This document shows, in pieces, positions 59,485 through 64,000 of a stretch of 64,000 nt of DNA; within the stretch, counting starts at the first letter, position 1; every line of letters begins with the position of its first letter. This DNA comes from Candidatus Poribacteria bacterium (lineage in GTDB: Bacteria; Poribacteria; WGA-4E; WGA-3G), in contig OZ243938.1 of assembly GCA_965214095.1 (NCBI GenBank), positions 2,656,001 through 2,720,000 on the forward strand, written 5' to 3'. The translations under genes were made by a program, and so were the position numbers. Below the pieces are notes generated by a model. The model was not told the origin of the DNA. It saw nothing but the letters and a program-made list of their open reading frames with translations, and did no database searches.

Positions 59485-59510
59485 ACGGCACGCGGAGCGT
59501 GCCTACTACT
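59485..59510. repeat. REP palindrome between convergent genes
   Basis: ACGGCACGCGGAGCGTGCCTACTAC. Confidence 0.6.
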
Positions 59511-59511
59511 A

Positions 59512-61704
59512 TTAAGCAGATTGAAATGTGTTGTATATCTCGCGTGCTCTGTTTCCAACATCTTGTAAGTACTTTTCACCGATGTGTGTGCGGTAAAGTT
59601 CGGTGAGGTCACCACTTGTTTCACCGAAGGCTTTCGCATATTTTCGGCACCCGTCTTTGTCAGGACCGGATGCATAAGCTTTGGTCTTTGCATCTGTGCC
59701 AGACTTTCTCACCTCTACAAACATATCATCAAACTTCAGGTATGTCCCATCTCCAACAAATTTGATACTTTCAAGTGTTGAAAATTCAAGTTCGGGAAGT
59801 GCATCTGAAAGGATTGCGCGCGCTTGTTTAATGTCAATTTTCTCATCACGGAGTGCGATGGCAATACCGAGGAAAAACAGATCATTTTTATCGCGTTTCG
59901 CTTCTCCTTCTCGTTTTGCATCGCGTAGTTTTTCAGGATTCGGTTCAGATTCGTTATAATAAGTAATATCTTCCCTGACATCACAAGTAGCGGTGATTTG
60001 ACTCTCTACAAAGATAGAGGCGAGATAGTCAGATAATGGTATATCCTCACGTTTGCAATGTGCTGCGAGTGCTGTGACCAATACCATAGATTCACCTGCG
60101 GATTTTTCTCGCATTGCAATGGCAGTCCTTCCACCATGACTCTGTATCAGTTTTTCTGGACCAGTAATCATTCCACCGCTCTCTTCACCGGCAAAGATGA
60201 GCCGCGGCTGCACACCGAGTGAAATAGATTCACCGTAAACATCTTGGATAACTACTGGTTTGTTTGGGGTGTCAGCTATCTGCTTTTCAATCTTTTTCAT
60301 GATTGCAGCGATCTCTTTAAATCCGACCGGGACATTTATTGCCTGAACATCGTTTATTGCTCCCCATTGGTCCCAAGCAAGGGCGGATGGAGTTGTTTTT
60401 ATCATAAACCGTGGATGATCTTCCCATAATCCCGCAGCTTGTAGTTGTTTCCTGTGGAAATCCATCAGCATGAGGAATGCTTGGTTAGGGGTGTAAATCG
60501 TTAGTAGTCGATCTTCGTCAAGCATAAGATAATCGATGCCGAGTTTTTGTAGTGTTTCAGTACGCGATGCTTCCTCTATTTGACAAACGATGAGTCGGTC
60601 ACCATCTGGGTCGGTTGCTTCAATGACTGTACCGATAGGTTGGTTTTTGAGTTTGGTCGCATAATCAGCAGATTTCACAACGTCCAGTATACTAAAATCG
60701 CATCCGAGGTCATAAAATTCAGATTCACCTGTTTTGGGGTTCCTGTCCAGTTTGCCGATGTTGTGATAGAGTGGGTCTGGTTCAATGTGTAGCCAACGAA
60801 TAGAACTGGCAATGCCTAACCTTTCAAAGATTGCTCGCATAGGGCGATACATACATCCACCGACACAATCAACGACTATGGGTGGTTTTGTCTGTCGGAT
60901 GAGGTTTAGGTTGGCATCTGTGGCAACACCGCTTTTGAGATAACCGACATAAAGTTGCACACCATCGTGGAGTTCATCTAATCTTTCAAAATCAATATGT
61001 TCGTCTGTTTCTTCGCTGAACTGAATTGGATAGCTATCCGTTTCTGCGATTTTTAGGATCTCCTCTATCTTTCTGACAAACTGCATGGACTCTTCTGGGA
61101 GATATTGACTTCCTTGATTGTTGAGATCCTTCGTTGCGTTTTTTGTGCTGACCGAGTGACTTGATGTGACGTGCTCACCGCCATCTAAATCAAGCGTGAA
61201 GATGAGGAAGGATGCCATCCAGATTGGTATTGTGCCGAACCCTTTCGGTACATAGGTTCGTATCCCTTGTGCAGCTTGTATCCGAGCAATAAATTCTACG
61301 TATTTTTGTGAGTTGTAACGCACCTCACACCCTGCAAGTTTCTCTACTGATTGTCCATCTGCTTTTTCAGTTGCGACAAGGCTTTTGCCGAGTGTCGCCA
61401 AAATAATACCGACCTGATTAATCGGAAATCGAGTGTCCCATGGATATAGGACGTTTTGTGGTCCGCGTATTCCCGCAGTAGATACTTGTGCTTCTTTAGC
61501 ATAGTTGCGGAACCATTCCCATAGGTTCAAACGTTCTATGAGTTCCTTATCAAGTGTGAATGTGAATGCATCAGGATCGTCTTGGGGGAAAAGGGGTGTT
61601 TTGATTGAGTCGGGGGTGTTCTGCTCAACGACTGCAAAGAGATGTTGTTCGGTTTTGTTTCGTTTTTCAAGTGCGGCTGCGTCTACAGCGATTACCATCT
61701 CCAC
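59512..61704 (-). CDS. Alpha-D-phosphohexomutase (PGM/PMM) superfamily protein, divergent and long
   Basis: 'STAGIRG', phosphoserine loop 'TSSHS', metal loop 'DPDGDR', 'VPVGFK', 'GEESGG', 'RKSGTD.K.K.Y'. Confidence 0.82.
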   Translation of the reverse strand: MEMVIAVDAAALEKRNKTEQHLFAVVEQNTPDSIKTPLFPQDDPDAFTFTLDKELIERLNLWEWFRNYAKEAQVSTAGIRGPQNVLYPWDTRFPINQVGIILATLGKSLVATEKADGQSVEKLAGCEVRYNSQKYVEFIARIQAAQGIRTYVPKGFGTIPIWMASFLIFTLDLDGGEHVTSSHSVSTKNATKDLNNQGSQYLPEESMQFVRKIEEILKIAETDSYPIQFSEETDEHIDFERLDELHDGVQLYVGYLKSGVATDANLNLIRQTKPPIVVDCVGGCMYRPMRAIFERLGIASSIRWLHIEPDPLYHNIGKLDRNPKTGESEFYDLGCDFSILDVVKSADYATKLKNQPIGTVIEATDPDGDRLIVCQIEEASRTETLQKLGIDYLMLDEDRLLTIYTPNQAFLMLMDFHRKQLQAAGLWEDHPRFMIKTTPSALAWDQWGAINDVQAINVPVGFKEIAAIMKKIEKQIADTPNKPVVIQDVYGESISLGVQPRLIFAGEESGGMITGPEKLIQSHGGRTAIAMREKSAGESMVLVTALAAHCKREDIPLSDYLASIFVESQITATCDVREDITYYNESEPNPEKLRDAKREGEAKRDKNDLFFLGIAIALRDEKIDIKQARAILSDALPELEFSTLESIKFVGDGTYLKFDDMFVEVRKSGTDAKTKAYASGPDKDGCRKYAKAFGETSGDLTELYRTHIGEKYLQDVGNRAREIYNTFQSA

Positions 61705-61752
61705 TCTCCATAAAAAATTTTATGATTATTATAGCATATTCGTCTTTTTTGA

Positions 61753-61963
61753 GGGAGTTAATTTGGTAGGTTTGCTTAGGAAACCGAACCGGCTTTGTGC
61801 TAAATACCTTCATAGAGGTTCTCGCGTAGGATCCGGTTCGGTTAGGAAACCGAACCTACCAGCCTGGGGAAAACGCCTAATTTACACTAAATTGACGCCC
61901 ATGATGCGGTTAGGAAACCGCATCTACCGTGGAGTGTGCAAGTATTTTTACATGTCACTATAA
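61753..61963. mobile_element. Nested MITE/REP cluster
   Basis: GGGAGTTAATTT...AAATTGACGCCC shell (61753-61900) with two TAGGAAACCG REPs, followed by the right half of the TTATAGT family. Confidence 0.6.
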
Positions 61964-62000
61964 TCCGCGAAAATCCGAGATCCTGACATAAAAGGAAAAC

Positions 62001-62031
62001 AAAAAAGCCGTGTACCAAATACACGACTTTT
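62001..62031 (-). terminator. Rho-independent terminator of 62063..62992
   Basis: Minus strand AAGTCGTGTA-TTTGG-TACACGGCTT followed by a U run. Confidence 0.7.
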
Positions 62032-62062
62032 CTATTATTTACGATCTAATCTATTAATACAA

Positions 62063-62992
62063 TTACTCATCACCCCAAGCACGACCGCGTTTAACCCATA
62101 AACGTTGTCCAACGCTTAGTTTGTTTCTATTAAAGATGTAATCGTCCTGATTTCCTGCGACTAACCGCGTCCACTTCTCGGCATCGTCATAAATCTCAGG
62201 ACGCGCAGCGATGTGTTTAAGTGCGGCTTCACCGTTAGCTTCTTCAATATCCTCTTCCTTTACGAGATATCTGTCAACCGGTTCAGGACTTGTCACACTA
62301 AAACTGAAACTGTAGGAGGATGCAAGGGTATTTCCTGCCATATCTGTTGCACCAGAAACGGTTACAGTATACATGCGTCCGGCACGCATCGGCATATCTG
62401 AAGTAAATGCCACAGAATCACCTTCACCGCTTACGGTACCAGAAAGTGTTGCTTCCGCAGGTTCGCTCATAGAGTCTTCTGTTTTAGCAACGGCAACATC
62501 AATTGTAACGCTATTTGCATTAATCGGTTCACTAAAGGTAACAGACAAGTTATCCCGGACATTCAAAGAGTTTTCGTACTCAGAGAAAACAGTGGCATCT
62601 GTAGGATCAGTGCTGGTTACCGTTGGTGGGGTTGCATCGGTGTATGTAAACTTTTGCGTAAGGGTAACAGGGGCATCTGGTTTTCCTTTATTGATAATAA
62701 CAACATCCACTGTTTGTCCTGCTGTGCCTGGAGGTGTATTCACAGTTACTTCTGTCTTACTCGGAACTGAAACATCAGTGCCTTGTTGTCCACCGAAAGT
62801 CACTGTAACACCGTTTTTCATGTCAAACTTTTCGCCAGTAATACGGACAGCTGTTCCACCGGTTTCTTTTCCCTCAAGTGGTGTCATTCCTGATGGCACC
62901 GGTTCAGGATTACAACCTCCGCATCCTACCATCCATGCACAGACAAATGCAAAGATCGCATAAATGGCTATATTTCTGTGTGTGTTCATCAA
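62063..62992 (-). CDS. Lipoprotein with IPT/TIG, SbsA Ig-like (Big_5) and LysM-like domains
   Basis: 'P..G...GGT.V.I.G..F....VTFG'; 'D.TPPTV.ST.P....VTFSEPI...D.AGN.L...YSFSF'; 'Y.V....L..IA...IY....W..L...N.......L..GQ.L'. Confidence 0.8.
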   Translation of the reverse strand: MMNTHRNIAIYAIFAFVCAWMVGCGGCNPEPVPSGMTPLEGKETGGTAVRITGEKFDMKNGVTVTFGGQQGTDVSVPSKTEVTVNTPPGTAGQTVDVVIINKGKPDAPVTLTQKFTYTDATPPTVTSTDPTDATVFSEYENSLNVRDNLSVTFSEPINANSVTIDVAVAKTEDSMSEPAEATLSGTVSGEGDSVAFTSDMPMRAGRMYTVTVSGATDMAGNTLASSYSFSFSVTSPEPVDRYLVKEEDIEEANGEAALKHIAARPEIYDDAEKWTRLVAGNQDDYIFNRNKLSVGQRLWVKRGRAWGDE

Positions 62993-63120
62993 TTACTTCT
63001 CCTTATCATCAAGAACGGGTATGTTCTATCTTACGAAGTATAATTTCTTGCAGTTTGGGTAATCGCATTCCAAGTTGTAATATCGGATTGAGTTACATCC
63101 TAAAATCACGATTTTCTAAA

Positions 63121-63150
63121 ATTATACATGCAAACCTGTGTAGTTGTCAA
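63121..63150 (-). promoter_or_regulatory. Consensus sigma70 promoter for 62063..62992
   Basis: Minus strand TTGACA-18 nt-TATAAT. Confidence 0.65.
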
Positions 63151-63159
63151 CCTTTTTTA

Positions 63160-64000
63160 TTATCCACGCCATGTGGTACGCTTTAACGGATCGTGGACGT
63201 TAACGACAAGTTCAGGACCAAAACCTTCAATTGCTAATTGTACCGTATCACCGTCACCAACCGCGGTAAGTGCCTCGTGATGCGTGCCTGTAGAGACTAC
63301 ATCACCCGGTTCCAATGTTAGCACGTTCGTTACCTCTGCAAGCAATTCTGGGACGAAACGCGCCATTGCGTTCGTGGAAAAATCGTGTTGCAATCTGTCA
63401 TTTATCCAGAGTTGTACATCGAGCGCATTCGGGTCGGGAACTTCATCAGCAGTGATAAGCACTGGTCCCATCGGGGCAAAAGTGTGCCAACTTTTCCCTA
63501 AGAAGAACCCACCCGGCAAACCGCGCGCAGATACATCAATAAATTGTGTGTATCCGAACACATGGTCAAGCGCATTTTCTTCGGTTAGGTGTTTGGCAGT
63601 TTTCCCGATGACAATCGCTAACTCAGGTTCAAAATGAAAAACAGTTACATCCGCTTCTGGGAGTTCAACTGTCTCTTTCGTAGGAATAACACCCGTTGGG
63701 GACTTAAGGAAGGCATTGAAATCACCACGAGATGGACTGTCCGGTTCAATGTAGTTACCAGCAAGACAAACAAGTTGTCCAGGACGCGGCAGTGGGGCAT
63801 TAAGGGTGACGTTATCTAACGAAATTGGGATGTCGTTTTCTGCTATATCCACAATTTTTGAATGCAGATTATCATAATCTGCAATTACCATTTGAATCAG
63901 TTCTTGTGGGGTATGGTATTGAATATCGTTGAGTGCATTGCTGATATCAACGATTCCATTTTCTTTTAATACACCAAGATGGTAATCATCAAAGAATGCA
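63160..64000 (-). CDS. Fumarylacetoacetate hydrolase family protein (5' end beyond window)
   Basis: 'CLAGNY', 'FLKSP', 'HFEPELAIVIG', 'DVSAR', 'GKSW.TFAPMGP', 'LEPGDVV.TGT'; frame stays open to the window edge. Confidence 0.92.
   Translation of the reverse strand, partial: AFFDDYHLGVLKENGIVDISNALNDIQYHTPQELIQMVIADYDNLHSKIVDIAENDIPISLDNVTLNAPLPRPGQLVCLAGNYIEPDSPSRGDFNAFLKSPTGVIPTKETVELPEADVTVFHFEPELAIVIGKTAKHLTEENALDHVFGYTQFIDVSARGLPGGFFLGKSWHTFAPMGPVLITADEVPDPNALDVQLWINDRLQHDFSTNAMARFVPELLAEVTNVLTLEPGDVVSTGTHHEALTAVGDGDTVQLAIEGFGPELVVNVHDPLKRTTWRG

Noticed and set aside
62373-62963. 196-aa plus-strand ORF and the many other short antisense ORFs
   Set aside because: They are shadows of well-supported genes on the opposite strand, with no motifs or RBS.
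1-64000. CRISPR array or cas genes
   Set aside because: Repeats are dispersed palindromic singlets or doublets, not regularly spaced direct repeats with unique spacers; no cas-like ORFs seen.
1-64000. tRNA, rRNA, integrase or prophage
   Set aside because: No cloverleaf or rRNA-like segments and no recombinase or virion genes were recognised by eye.

Overview
AT-leaning bacterial chromosomal window, most consistent with Candidatus Poribacteria. This is an inference from the PhyH dioxygenase, the LamG/NPCBM secreted proteins and many proteins ending in a 'V-x-P-x-x-K-L-x-T-x-W-G-x-L-K' tail. Housekeeping content: ndk, a cupin PMI, pgi, an NtrY/NtrX-like two-component pair, a pseudopilin with prepilin peptidase, hslVU, ArsA/GET3, a PGM/PMM-like gene and an FAA hydrolase. 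Accessory content: (1) a degenerate primase-helicase-like gene split by one in-frame TGA; (2) a Planctomycete-type MoxR/DUF58/BatA/vWA/prenyltransferase operon interrupted by an Avs-like nuclease-STAND gene and a beta-propeller glycosidase; (3) a ~13 kb array of diverged secreted paralogs with a 3130-bp-period duplication, a chimeric gene, vapBC and rhodanese+MauE/DoxX; (4) a stand-alone DpnI-type winged-helix gene; (5) many GTAG-type REPs packaged inside several MITE-like shells; (6) a 303-bp protein-free IS200/IS605-ended element filled with structured RNA. Eleven proteins share the C-terminal W-x-x-L/I-K motif, a candidate sorting signal. No rRNA, tRNA, CRISPR array or reverse transcriptase was seen. 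All calls are from reading the sequence; no database searches were run.
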